This document shows, in pieces, positions 29,237 through 38,345 of a stretch of 45,168 nucleotides of DNA (position 1 is its first letter; each line of letters opens with the position of its first letter). The notes under the pieces were generated by a model. That model was given only the letters and a program-made list of their open reading frames with translations. It searched no databases and was not told the DNA's origin. The stretch is from NCBI GenBank assembly GCA_037441985.1, contig JBBIRE010000001.1:1-45168 (forward strand). The letters are read 5' to 3'. The stretch is from Candidatus Roizmanbacteria bacterium (GTDB taxonomy: Bacteria > Patescibacteriota > Microgenomatia > UBA1406 > GWC2-37-13). Position numbers and translations under genes: made by a program.

Positions 29237-30748
29237 TTATTTAACCAATTCAAAAAAATATATTGTTGATTGTCCGCCTGGTTTCTCGAATTTTTTAATT
29301 AGTTTTATTGGCCATTCTGAAGGAAATTCTGTTCGGTGGGGAAAAACAGCATAAACATATTTTTTTTCTAAATCTTTTTGATGATTTAAAAGTTGTGGTA
29401 AATCTAATGGCCAGTAACCGATAACTTCTACTTGATGTCCATCGCGGGGTAAACTAGCACGAAGCATATCGGCAATTAAACCAAAATTGCCTTCAGCTAA
29501 AAGAATGACTGGTCTTTCTTTTGATTTACATATCGAAAAATTGATAATTTCTTTTATTCCCCAGCCAGCTGGTCCCCCTTCAATATATTGACCTCGATCG
29601 ATCGGTGGGAAAGAGATGTTTTTAAAATCGAAAAGGATTTTATAATCAAAAAAAAGTTGACTTAAGAAAAGAGGAATAAAAAAAACCCAATAAATTTTTT
29701 TGTTTTTTAAATAAGAAAAATAAATAGCGGCAAAAATGACAAAGAGTGAACCAAAAAAAATTAAATAACGAGGAAAAATTACTTTAGAGATGGAACAAAT
29801 AATAAAAAAGGGAATAAAAAACCAAATTAAAAAATATAAACCAAGAGAAAGATTTTTTTTGATAAGCATCAATAAACCCAATAAAGAAAATATTGGCAAA
29901 ACAAAACCTGATTCCCATATAATATCAATCCAAACACCTTTAAAGTTATTCCAAAATAGAGAAAATGGCGCTTTAAGGAATTCTTCTTTAGTCATCAAAA
30001 AAGTGGTGTTTTTAATATCAATATAATGCATATAAGGAGAAAGTCGTTGGATATTGTAAATTGCGAATGAAAGAATGAGAACAATGAAAAATAAAAGATA
30101 AAAATTAACTAATTTTCTAAAATTAATTTCTTTTTTGCTTGAAACAATTGGGGCAAAAAAAGATAAAAGTAAAAATAGTTGAGCCGATGATTTAGTGAGA
30201 AGCGATAGTCCGCCAATTAATCCAAAAATAAGAGCGATGTCTAAACGGACAGTTTTTATTAGAACAACAGATAAGAATATGATCCAGATAAAAGCCATAT
30301 TAACTGCCGAATCAGTGAGTGCCATTCGATCATAAAAAAGAAAATAAGGAGTGAAAATGTAAAAAAAACTGCCTAAAAAGGCGGCTTTTTTATTAAATAA
30401 AAAAAACAGTAATGAAAAAATACCAATTAAAGAGATAAAACCAGTTAGAACCGAAAATAGTCTTCCAGCAAAAAGCGGCTGGTTAGGAAAAATTTTTAAA
30501 AGAGGAATAGTCGCCCAAGTTTGAAGAGGCTGTTTGCCATCGGTTAAGGAGATAAAACGCATTGAGGCATCGTGCCAAGCAGTTTTTGCCCAATTAATAT
30601 AAATCCCTTCATCAGTAAAAATTGGAAATTTTTCCAGATTAATGAGTCGAGTTGCAAAATATAAAAGTATTAGGATAAAAATACTTAAAAAATCTCTTTT
30701 ATTAAACTTTTTATTAAAAAAATTAAAAATCTTAAAAACGTCAAACAT
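29237..30748 (-). CDS. GT-C fold membrane glycosyltransferase, ArnT/PMT_2-like (family A paralog 2)
   Basis: LINLEKFPIFTDEGIYINWAK acidic-loop motif after TM1. Polytopic, with a C-terminal soluble domain. Confidence 0.75.
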   Translation of the reverse strand: MFDVFKIFNFFNKKFNKRDFLSIFILILLYFATRLINLEKFPIFTDEGIYINWAKTAWHDASMRFISLTDGKQPLQTWATIPLLKIFPNQPLFAGRLFSVLTGFISLIGIFSLLFFLFNKKAAFLGSFFYIFTPYFLFYDRMALTDSAVNMAFIWIIFLSVVLIKTVRLDIALIFGLIGGLSLLTKSSAQLFLLLSFFAPIVSSKKEINFRKLVNFYLLFFIVLILSFAIYNIQRLSPYMHYIDIKNTTFLMTKEEFLKAPFSLFWNNFKGVWIDIIWESGFVLPIFSLLGLLMLIKKNLSLGLYFLIWFFIPFFIICSISKVIFPRYLIFFGSLFVIFAAIYFSYLKNKKIYWVFFIPLFLSQLFFDYKILFDFKNISFPPIDRGQYIEGGPAGWGIKEIINFSICKSKERPVILLAEGNFGLIADMLRASLPRDGHQVEVIGYWPLDLPQLLNHQKDLEKKYVYAVFPHRTEFPSEWPIKLIKKFEKPGGQSTIYFFELVK

Positions 30749-30751
30749 AAA

Positions 30752-31492
30752 TTATTTTTGAAAAATTAATCGATGGCGATAAATTTTTAATCGACCAAGT
30801 AAATAAATTATACTCCAATAAAGACAGCCAAACCCATAGATAAGACTTCTTTTAAAATTAATAGATGAGGCTTCTTCAAAATATTTTGTTGGACAACTTA
30901 TTTCACCAATTCGAAATCCCTGTGCAATTATTTGAAGAAGAATTTGATTGTCAAAGATAAAATCATTGGAATTTTTTTTAAAATTAATTTTTTTTAAAAC
31001 CTCACTTCGATAAGCTCTCATTCCAGTGTGATATTCCGAAAGCTTAATACCAGTGCAGAGATTTTCAAAAAAAGTTAAGAAGCGATTAGAAAGGTATTTA
31101 TAAAAAGGCATACCACCTTTTAAAGCACCGCCACTTAAGATTCTTGACCCTAAAACTACATCGTAGTTACCACTTTCAATCATCGTCACAAGGGCCGGAA
31201 TTAATTTCGGGTCATATTGATAATCAGGATGAATCATAATGATAATATCCGGGTTTAATTGAAGGGCTTTTTGATAGCAGGTTTTTTGATTGCCACCGTA
31301 ACCTAAGTTTTTAGGATGAATAAAATATTTAATTTTTAATTTTTTGGCGATTTCAATCGTTCTGTCGGTGCTAGCATCATCAACTAGGATGACATCTTTT
31401 TTATACTCATCCGGAATATCGAAATAAGTTTTTTCCAAAGTTTTTTCAGCATTATAAGCTGGTAAAACAATCACCACTTTCGACTTTTTCAT
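30752..31492 (-). CDS. GT2 polyprenyl-phosphate-sugar synthase-like glycosyltransferase (GtrB/ArnC/DPM1-like)
   Basis: VVIVLPAYNAEKTL, VILVDDASTDRT, HPDYQYDP, and a C-terminal hydrophobic segment (LIYGFGCLYWSIIYLLG), as in GtrB-type enzymes. Confidence 0.75.
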   Translation of the reverse strand: MKKSKVVIVLPAYNAEKTLEKTYFDIPDEYKKDVILVDDASTDRTIEIAKKLKIKYFIHPKNLGYGGNQKTCYQKALQLNPDIIIMIHPDYQYDPKLIPALVTMIESGNYDVVLGSRILSGGALKGGMPFYKYLSNRFLTFFENLCTGIKLSEYHTGMRAYRSEVLKKINFKKNSNDFIFDNQILLQIIAQGFRIGEISCPTKYFEEASSINFKRSLIYGFGCLYWSIIYLLGRLKIYRHRLIFQK

Positions 31493-32757
31493 TGCTTTTT
31501 TATTCTTTCAAACAAATAAAGTTGATAATAGTCATTTAAATTCCATTTTTTGATTAGTCTTCTTGGTTTAAAAAAAGCGACTTCATACGACAAAGTTTTT
31601 TCATAATCTTTGTTATGAGCGATGACGAAAAGATAACGATTTTGGTAATAATCATCATAATTAATTTGATATCCATCCCGAATGAGAAAATACTTTATCA
31701 CAGCGGCTTTCGTGTTATAGTATGACAAATCAGCAACGTTAAAATTTTCTTTTATCCCTGTTTGTTTAATTATCTGATATGCTTTTTCTTCCATGGGGTA
31801 ATTCCAATATTTAGCCGGCGCCCAATAAGATTGTTGGGGTTTTTTTAAATTTTGCAAAAGAGCATAAAAGAAAAGTGTAATTGTCAATAAAATAATTAAT
31901 TTTGTTGGTAGTTTTTTAACAGAGTTTTTTAATCGAAGCAAGACTAAAAAGATTAAAAAAAAGGAAAGGGATAGATAATAATGAGGAGTGTTAATTCCTC
32001 CTGGTTTGTCGACTCTTGACCAGTTTTTTAAAAATAAAATGGCAGTTTGGAAATTGTAAAAGTTATGTCTTAATTCAAAAATGAGAAGTGGTAGCAATCC
32101 AATTATGATACCTAAGGCAAAAATAAATAAGGTTCTCACTTTATTTTTTTCGTAGATAAGGAAATAAATAAAGAAGACAGAAACAATTAACAAAAACTGG
32201 TAGTGAAACTGAGTCAATAGGCCAAGAAAAAAAGCTACAATAAAAAAATTAAAAGTAGTTTTTCTTTGATAATAGTTTGAAAGAAAGTAGATAAAATAGG
32301 GTAAAAAAGAAAGTTGAAGGGTGGAGTTCCAGAGAAAACGAGTATAGTTAATAAAATAAGGAAAAAAAGAGTAAATTGTCAGAAAAATAAAAGCGACTTT
32401 TTGATTGCTTAATTTTTTTATTCCAAAATAAAGCGGAAAGATAGATGAGGCGGCAAAAATCATAAAAAGGTAAGAAGCCTTTACCGGATCCCAGTTACCC
32501 AATAAAAGAAAAAATAAAAATAAATGATAAGTTATTGGTCCTTGAAAAAGAAGTCGTCCTTGATAGGTAGCAGAAATTTGTGGGCCAATAAGGGTTAATT
32601 TTTTTTCTCGATAAATCCTTAAAGCTTCAATAGCAGATTCAGCTTGATCTTGAGACCAATTAAGAAAATAAGAAAAGTGAAAGGAACGAATAGGAATAAA
32701 AAGAAAAAAGAAGATAATCAAAAGAATTAATTCTAATTTTTTATTTATTTTTTTCAT
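31489..32757 (-). CDS. GT-C-like polytopic membrane protein (family B paralog 2)
   Basis: IRSFHFSYFLNWSQDQAESAIEALRI..LTLIGPQ, FLWNST and QFHYQF blocks. Confidence 0.7.
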   Translation of the reverse strand: MKKINKKLELILLIIFFFLFIPIRSFHFSYFLNWSQDQAESAIEALRIYREKKLTLIGPQISATYQGRLLFQGPITYHLFLFFLLLGNWDPVKASYLFMIFAASSIFPLYFGIKKLSNQKVAFIFLTIYSFFPYFINYTRFLWNSTLQLSFLPYFIYFLSNYYQRKTTFNFFIVAFFLGLLTQFHYQFLLIVSVFFIYFLIYEKNKVRTLFIFALGIIIGLLPLLIFELRHNFYNFQTAILFLKNWSRVDKPGGINTPHYYLSLSFFLIFLVLLRLKNSVKKLPTKLIILLTITLFFYALLQNLKKPQQSYWAPAKYWNYPMEEKAYQIIKQTGIKENFNVADLSYYNTKAAVIKYFLIRDGYQINYDDYYQNRYLFVIAHNKDYEKTLSYEVAFFKPRRLIKKWNLNDYYQLYLFERIKKQ

Positions 32758-34168
32758 TGTTAATTTCGAAACTTAACCAGTTATTAGTTTGACAGATAAT
32801 TTGGCCATTAAATTTCTTTTTAACTAATTGATAATCATTTTTATCAATCGTTAGATGGGAAAAATTATTTTTTATCTCCTTTAATTTATCAAGGGCGTAA
32901 AAAAATTCAACTGGTTTATTAAGATAAAAAACAAATGAAGGAGAGCCCCCATAATAAAAGGAAGAAGTAGTTTGATAATGGGCGGCTTCAAGAAATTGAC
33001 GATTTTTTCTTTCTTGTTCTTCAACAAAAAAGGCTAAACGCCCAATATTTTTTTTATTTAAGCACATTGCCAATTGAATTTTTTCTGGGATTTGATAGTT
33101 TGTAAGTCTAAAAAGATAAGTTCGTTGACTGAAATTGATAAGAAAAAAAATAAAGATTGGGAGAAAAGTTAATTTTTTTATTAATTGATGATTGATTTTT
33201 TGATAAAGATAACCAACGATTAGACAGACTAAGGGAAGAAAAATAACGACGTACCAATTAATTTTTGTTTTCATAATCGTTAACAAGGCTAAAAAAGGAA
33301 GAGGGGATGAAAGAATCATTAATCTTTCAAATTTTTTTATTTCTTTTTTTAGGTTAATTAAAAAAAGAAAATAACCTAGAATAATAAATAAATTAATAAA
33401 ATTTAGATTATTCCACAAAGCAAAAAAATAAAAAAATTTATTGCCAAAATGAAGTTCGATTGGAACATAAAGACGTTTAAACATCTGACTGAAAAAATGA
33501 TCGTCAATAAATTTCATTCCAAAAAAGAAATAACCTAGGATATACCACAAAGATGGGAAGATGATAAAAAATAATAATTTAATAATATTTTTTAGATTAA
33601 TTTTAATTTTTTGATAATTAATTAGGTGGTAAATAAAATCAAATAATAAAGGATAAAAACCAAGAACTGATTTTGAAAATACTCCCAAGGTTAAGAAAAA
33701 TAATTTTTTCCAGTATTCGGAAAAATATAGAAAATAACCTAACCAACTGATGGTTACTAAAAGATCGCTATTTAATGTAGTTGAGTGCTCAATAAAGATT
33801 GGTGTCGCCGCTAAAGTTAAGACTGAGATTAATACACTATGGTAATTATTAAAGAGCTTTTTGGCTAATTTAAATAAAATAAATAAAAGAATTATTCCTA
33901 AAATTACCATTAACAAGCGAGCAAAAAATTCATTTTCACCAAAAATAAAAAAATTTATTGCTAATAATATATGGGTTAAAGGTGGTTTGTCAAACCAAGG
34001 TTGATGGTTAAATGTCGTCCAGATTGAACGATTTGTAATCATTTCCCGAGCGATTTGGGCATACATTGCCTCATCCCAGTCATAGAATTTAACAGTTCTT
34101 AATTGATAATTGCGCCATAGAAGTCCAATCAATACGAAGATAAGAAAGAAAATTGAAATTTTTTTCAT
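32741..34168 (-). CDS. GT-C fold membrane glycosyltransferase, ArnT/PMT_2-like (family A paralog 1)
   Basis: FYDWDEAMYAQIAREM...PWFDKPPL is the classic ArnT/PMT_2 first-loop signature. Polytopic. Confidence 0.8.
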   Translation of the reverse strand: MKKISIFFLIFVLIGLLWRNYQLRTVKFYDWDEAMYAQIAREMITNRSIWTTFNHQPWFDKPPLTHILLAINFFIFGENEFFARLLMVILGIILLFILFKLAKKLFNNYHSVLISVLTLAATPIFIEHSTTLNSDLLVTISWLGYFLYFSEYWKKLFFLTLGVFSKSVLGFYPLLFDFIYHLINYQKIKINLKNIIKLLFFIIFPSLWYILGYFFFGMKFIDDHFFSQMFKRLYVPIELHFGNKFFYFFALWNNLNFINLFIILGYFLFLINLKKEIKKFERLMILSSPLPFLALLTIMKTKINWYVVIFLPLVCLIVGYLYQKINHQLIKKLTFLPIFIFFLINFSQRTYLFRLTNYQIPEKIQLAMCLNKKNIGRLAFFVEEQERKNRQFLEAAHYQTTSSFYYGGSPSFVFYLNKPVEFFYALDKLKEIKNNFSHLTIDKNDYQLVKKKFNGQIICQTNNWLSFEINNEKNK

Positions 34169-34923
34169 ATTTTATATCGGCCCATTATTTCGGCATATTT
34201 AATTCTTAAAAAGTCTTTTAAAGTCTCTAAGCTGTCTTTGAAAAAATTAACATTTTTTGTTTCAACATGACGCCAAATAACTGGGACTTCTTTAATTTTA
34301 AAGCCAAGTTTACTGGCTAAATATAAAAACTCTAAATCAAAACCGGCCGTCACCGATGAGCCTTTAGTTTTTCTTTTTTTTTCAAAAAGAATCATTTTTT
34401 CGATAATTTTTTCAGCCGCTTCTTTTTTAAAAAGCTTAAAACCACATTGGGTATCCTTGAGATTTTTTAACCCAATGGCTAAATTGCGAATAAAAATAAA
34501 CCCCTTCGCCATTAATTGCCTAGTTAATGGAGCGCCTTGACGACTACTGTTTCGTGAACCAATGATAATTTGATAATGTCCTGTTTCTCTAATAAGTTTT
34601 TCTGCTTCTTCGATTGGCGTAGCTAAATCAATATCAGAAAACATTATCCAACCACCCTGAGATTTTTTGATGGCTGAGATTATTGCATAACCCTTACCTT
34701 GATGAAGATTTTCTAAAAGTTTGAATTTTGGAAAAAGAGGAAGATATTTTTCCTTAATAATTTTTTTAGTTTTATCGGTCGAACCATCATCAGAGATAAT
34801 CACTTCAATAAATCTCGAATCATTGACAGTGAAGTTGCCAATTTTATCCAACACCCCTTTTTGAATATTGGCTTCTTCGTTGTAACAAGGAATAATAAGA
34901 GTAATCTTTAATTTATTTTCCAT
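34165..34923 (-). CDS. GT2 polyprenyl-phosphate-sugar synthase-like glycosyltransferase (ALG5/DPM1-like)
   Basis: ITLIIPCYNEE, IISDDGSTDKT, QGKGYAI, FSDIDLATP. The ATG at 34923 is preferred to 34947. Confidence 0.75.
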   Translation of the reverse strand: MENKLKITLIIPCYNEEANIQKGVLDKIGNFTVNDSRFIEVIISDDGSTDKTKKIIKEKYLPLFPKFKLLENLHQGKGYAIISAIKKSQGGWIMFSDIDLATPIEEAEKLIRETGHYQIIIGSRNSSRQGAPLTRQLMAKGFIFIRNLAIGLKNLKDTQCGFKLFKKEAAEKIIEKMILFEKKRKTKGSSVTAGFDLEFLYLASKLGFKIKEVPVIWRHVETKNVNFFKDSLETLKDFLRIKYAEIMGRYKI

Positions 34924-36388
34924 GGACGATTTTATAAATTTTAACACGATCGACTAGCCAAATTTTTTTGATTTTTTTATTTGAAAAAGCAGCAATTTGC
35001 CATTGAGGGTGATTCAAGACATCACAATTTTTTTCATAGCATAAAACATAAAGCTCATTTCCTTCAATTGAAGACTCTTCACTAAGCGGTTTTTTTCCGT
35101 AAATTTCTAAATAATAACGAATATGACCATCCATTTCAGTAAATGGAATGGGTACGATTTGATAAGGGGGTTTGGGATTTTCTTTGATGATCGATTGAGC
35201 AATTTTTTTGGCAATTTTAGTCTGGAAATTACCTTGTTTTTGATAAAAAGGATATTTTTTGTATTGAAGGAAGAAAAAATAAATTAAAAAAAGAAAAACA
35301 AAAATTTTATTTAAAAAATTTTTCCGAAAAAGGAAGGAAAGAATGACCGAAAGTATAAGAAAAAAACTTAAATAGATTGTTTGATAGTAATGCCAAAAGC
35401 GAAAGCTATTTAACGAGCTAAAGATAAAAATAAAGGAAAAAAAATTAAGCCAATTAATTTGGATAAAAGGATGGTTTTTTAATTTTTTTGGGAAGAAGAA
35501 AAAGACGATTAAAAAGAAAAAAAGAATAAGAGCAATTAAAAAATGACTTAACTGAATATTAAAAACATAATTGAAAAAATTAGTCATTGTTTCCCAAAAT
35601 CGATTGAGAAAAGAACCACCATAAGTTTCTTTGACTTGAGTAAAGGCTTTAATAAAATTTTTACTATTCAAGAATTTATTTTTTATATCAAAAAAAACAA
35701 GGGGTAAATTAAAAAGAAATAATCCTCCAATAAAAGAAAAAAGATCGATCAACAAATTTTTAAAAGACCTTTCTTTTAAAATCTTTTTCAAGTTAAAAAT
35801 AGTAGAAATAAATAATGGGAAGATTAACAATAATCCTAAATAATGGAGTTGAGTTGATAGGGCAAAAAAAACTCCTGTTAAAAAGACAAATAACCTTTTT
35901 TTTGTTAAGATAAAATGAGAAAAAAAATAAAGAGTAAAAAAGGCAAAATACGGCAGAAGATTGGGATTCCAAGAGAAGCGCGATGAGTAAACAAGAATTG
36001 AAGAGAAGGTGGCTAAAAATAAAAAGATATGAGCGAGAGTTTTATCGATTTTTCTAAGAAGGAAAAAGAATATGATTAAAGAAACGATTGATAAAAATCC
36101 AACACCAAACCCTAGACCGACAGGATTAAACTTAAAAAGAAATAAAAATGGGCTCATAAGATAATAGTAAAAAGGACCTAAAAAAACTTGACCAATCGAA
36201 GATACTGGACCTATTGCTGGTAAATGCTCTAAAGTAATAATTCGTTTAATGATAATCGCGTCTCTTCCTTGATCGCCTAAAAAAGTTAAAAATTCCTCCA
36301 AGCGGTAAAAACGGGTAAAGGTAAGAATCAAAATGAAAATCGCCAACATCTTATTTTTTGCTAAAATATTGAGTATGCGACGGGTCAT
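34913..36388 (-). CDS. GT-C-like polytopic membrane protein (family B paralog 1)
   Basis: FTRFYRLEEFLTFLGDQGRDAIIIKRI..LPAIGPV, FSWNPNL and QLHYLG blocks. Confidence 0.7.
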   Translation of the reverse strand: MTRRILNILAKNKMLAIFILILTFTRFYRLEEFLTFLGDQGRDAIIIKRIITLEHLPAIGPVSSIGQVFLGPFYYYLMSPFLFLFKFNPVGLGFGVGFLSIVSLIIFFFLLRKIDKTLAHIFLFLATFSSILVYSSRFSWNPNLLPYFAFFTLYFFSHFILTKKRLFVFLTGVFFALSTQLHYLGLLLIFPLFISTIFNLKKILKERSFKNLLIDLFSFIGGLFLFNLPLVFFDIKNKFLNSKNFIKAFTQVKETYGGSFLNRFWETMTNFFNYVFNIQLSHFLIALILFFFLIVFFFFPKKLKNHPFIQINWLNFFSFIFIFSSLNSFRFWHYYQTIYLSFFLILSVILSFLFRKNFLNKIFVFLFLIYFFFLQYKKYPFYQKQGNFQTKIAKKIAQSIIKENPKPPYQIVPIPFTEMDGHIRYYLEIYGKKPLSEESSIEGNELYVLCYEKNCDVLNHPQWQIAAFSNKKIKKIWLVDRVKIYKIVHGK

Positions 36389-37499
36389 ATTACCATATTT
36401 TACTTTAACCGCAGTTGTTTTTCTAACGACTTTGATTGTTTGGCTGCCTTTTTTATTGCGTCAAAATTATTGGTTTGGACTTAAGATTCCTAGTTCAGAT
36501 ATGAGTTATATTTATAAGAATTTTGATGGACCGCTTTATATCGTCCCGGCAAAAACTTTTTATCATCCAAAAGCGATATCGAATTTAGGAATAGAATTAC
36601 CCTTACCAGAAATTTATTTTACCGCTCATTTGCCCTTTTATCCCTTTTTAATTCGCGCTTTTTCACCAATTTTTGGTTATCTAAAATCAATGATTTCTGT
36701 CAATTTATTAGCGACTGTTTTTTTAACCTGTTTTTTTTATTTTTTTCTTAAAAAATTTAAAATAACGAAATATCCATTAATCCTAAGCATTATTCTTTTA
36801 TTTACACCAAAATTTTTAGTGGTGCGAAGTATTGGCGCGCCAGAAAGTTTGTTTATATTATTTATTCTTTTATCGCTTTTTTTCTTTGAACAAAAAAGGT
36901 TTTTCTGGTCAGGATTGTTTGGCGGATTGGCAACAATGACTAAATCGCCGGGAATCTTGCTTTTTTTTGCTTATACTCTTTCGATTATAGAAAATTATTG
37001 GAAAACAAAAAAAATTAATTGGCAGTGGTTGGGAATATTGTTAATACCTTTAGGTTTATTGGCAGTTTTTAGTTTATATTGGTATCAATACGGTGATTTT
37101 TTTGCTTATTTTCACTCAGGTGATAACCTTCATCTTTATGGTCTGTTTAGTGTTTTTAATTTTCGTGCCAATTGGATTGGTACTGCTTGGTTAGAAGATA
37201 TTATTCTTTATTTTTTTCTTTATGGTTTGACAGTTATTTATTTATTTCGATTACCCAACAGAAGCTTTTTTTATTATTCCCTGATTTATTTCTTAGCAAT
37301 CATTAGCGTCCAACATCGTGATATTCCTCGATATAGTCTTCCTCTTTGGCCAATGGCATTGATTGCATTTGAAAAATTTTTTACTAGCAAAAAATTTTTA
37401 ATAGTTTTTCTTTTTTTGCTCCCCGGGATCTATTTATTTGCTTGGAATTTTATCATCTATAACATAATGCCAGTCTCTAATTGGTTGCCTTATCTTTGA
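36375..37499 (+). CDS. GT-C-like membrane protein, PIG-V/Mannosyl_trans2-like
   Basis: FDGPLYIVPAKTFY...FTAHLPFYPFLIRAF resembles the WD..Y..IA..GY / AFFPLYP pattern of PIG-V-type mannosyltransferases. The ATG at 36375 (MRRVILPYF + TM) is preferred to 36333. Confidence 0.55.
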   Translation: MRRVILPYFTLTAVVFLTTLIVWLPFLLRQNYWFGLKIPSSDMSYIYKNFDGPLYIVPAKTFYHPKAISNLGIELPLPEIYFTAHLPFYPFLIRAFSPIFGYLKSMISVNLLATVFLTCFFYFFLKKFKITKYPLILSIILLFTPKFLVVRSIGAPESLFILFILLSLFFFEQKRFFWSGLFGGLATMTKSPGILLFFAYTLSIIENYWKTKKINWQWLGILLIPLGLLAVFSLYWYQYGDFFAYFHSGDNLHLYGLFSVFNFRANWIGTAWLEDIILYFFLYGLTVIYLFRLPNRSFFYYSLIYFLAIISVQHRDIPRYSLPLWPMALIAFEKFFTSKKFLIVFLFLLPGIYLFAWNFIIYNIMPVSNWLPYL

Positions 37500-37505
37500 T
37501 TTATT

Positions 37506-38345
37506 TTATTTTTGGCACCGAGGACAAAAAAAGGAACTGCGATTATTTTGTTTAATTCTTTTTATCAAATAACCGCAATTAGGACAGGGGGATTTTTCTT
37601 TTTGATAAACTAAAAAATGTCTTTGATGTCTCCCTTTAGTTCCATCAGGTAAAATATAAGCCTCATCAGCGCCAGATGACCCTTTATTTTTAATTGCTTG
37701 TTCAATGATTTTTTTGATCGAGTGATATAATTTAGCAATTTCTGAGTTAGTTAAGCTTTTAGATTTTTTTAAAGGATGAATTCGCGCTAAAAATAAGGCA
37801 TCATTGGCATAAATATTCCCAATACCAGTAATTTTTTCTTGATCCATTAACAAAAGTTTAATTGGCTTATTGCTTGATTGAATAATTTTTGCCATGTAAG
37901 ATAAAGTAAAATTTGATGAAAGAACATCAATTCCTTTGGGTATTAAAGGTTGAGGAGCGATTTTCATCCAGCCAAACTTTCTTAAATCGTTAAAAAATAG
38001 AGCACTGTTATCATCAAAGTGGATGATAATTCTAGTTGTTTTTCCAGGCATACGATGAGTGTTTGTGAATGGAATAATTTCTTTGAATACAGGATTATTT
38101 TTATCTTTGGCAAAGAGTAATTCACCGGTTAATTTAAGATGAGTATTTAAATAAAGATTTTTTTCTAAATAGAAGGTAATTATTTTTCCAAACCTTTTGA
38201 TTTCAATAATTTTTTTGTGAAGAATTACTTCTGGGTTACCAATAAATTGTTTTTTACTCAAAATTTCAATCCGAACAATTTTTCTTCCAATTAATTTTGA
38301 TGTTAAAAAAGATTTAATAGTTTCAACTTCTGGTAATTCTGGCAT
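37506..38345 (-). CDS. mutM: Formamidopyrimidine-DNA glycosylase
   Basis: MPELPEVETIK N-terminus (catalytic Pro2/Glu3), an H2TH region, and a C-terminal zinc finger CPNCG...CPRCQ. Confidence 0.93.
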   Translation of the reverse strand: MPELPEVETIKSFLTSKLIGRKIVRIEILSKKQFIGNPEVILHKKIIEIKRFGKIITFYLEKNLYLNTHLKLTGELLFAKDKNNPVFKEIIPFTNTHRMPGKTTRIIIHFDDNSALFFNDLRKFGWMKIAPQPLIPKGIDVLSSNFTLSYMAKIIQSSNKPIKLLLMDQEKITGIGNIYANDALFLARIHPLKKSKSLTNSEIAKLYHSIKKIIEQAIKNKGSSGADEAYILPDGTKGRHQRHFLVYQKEKSPCPNCGYLIKRIKQNNRSSFFCPRCQK

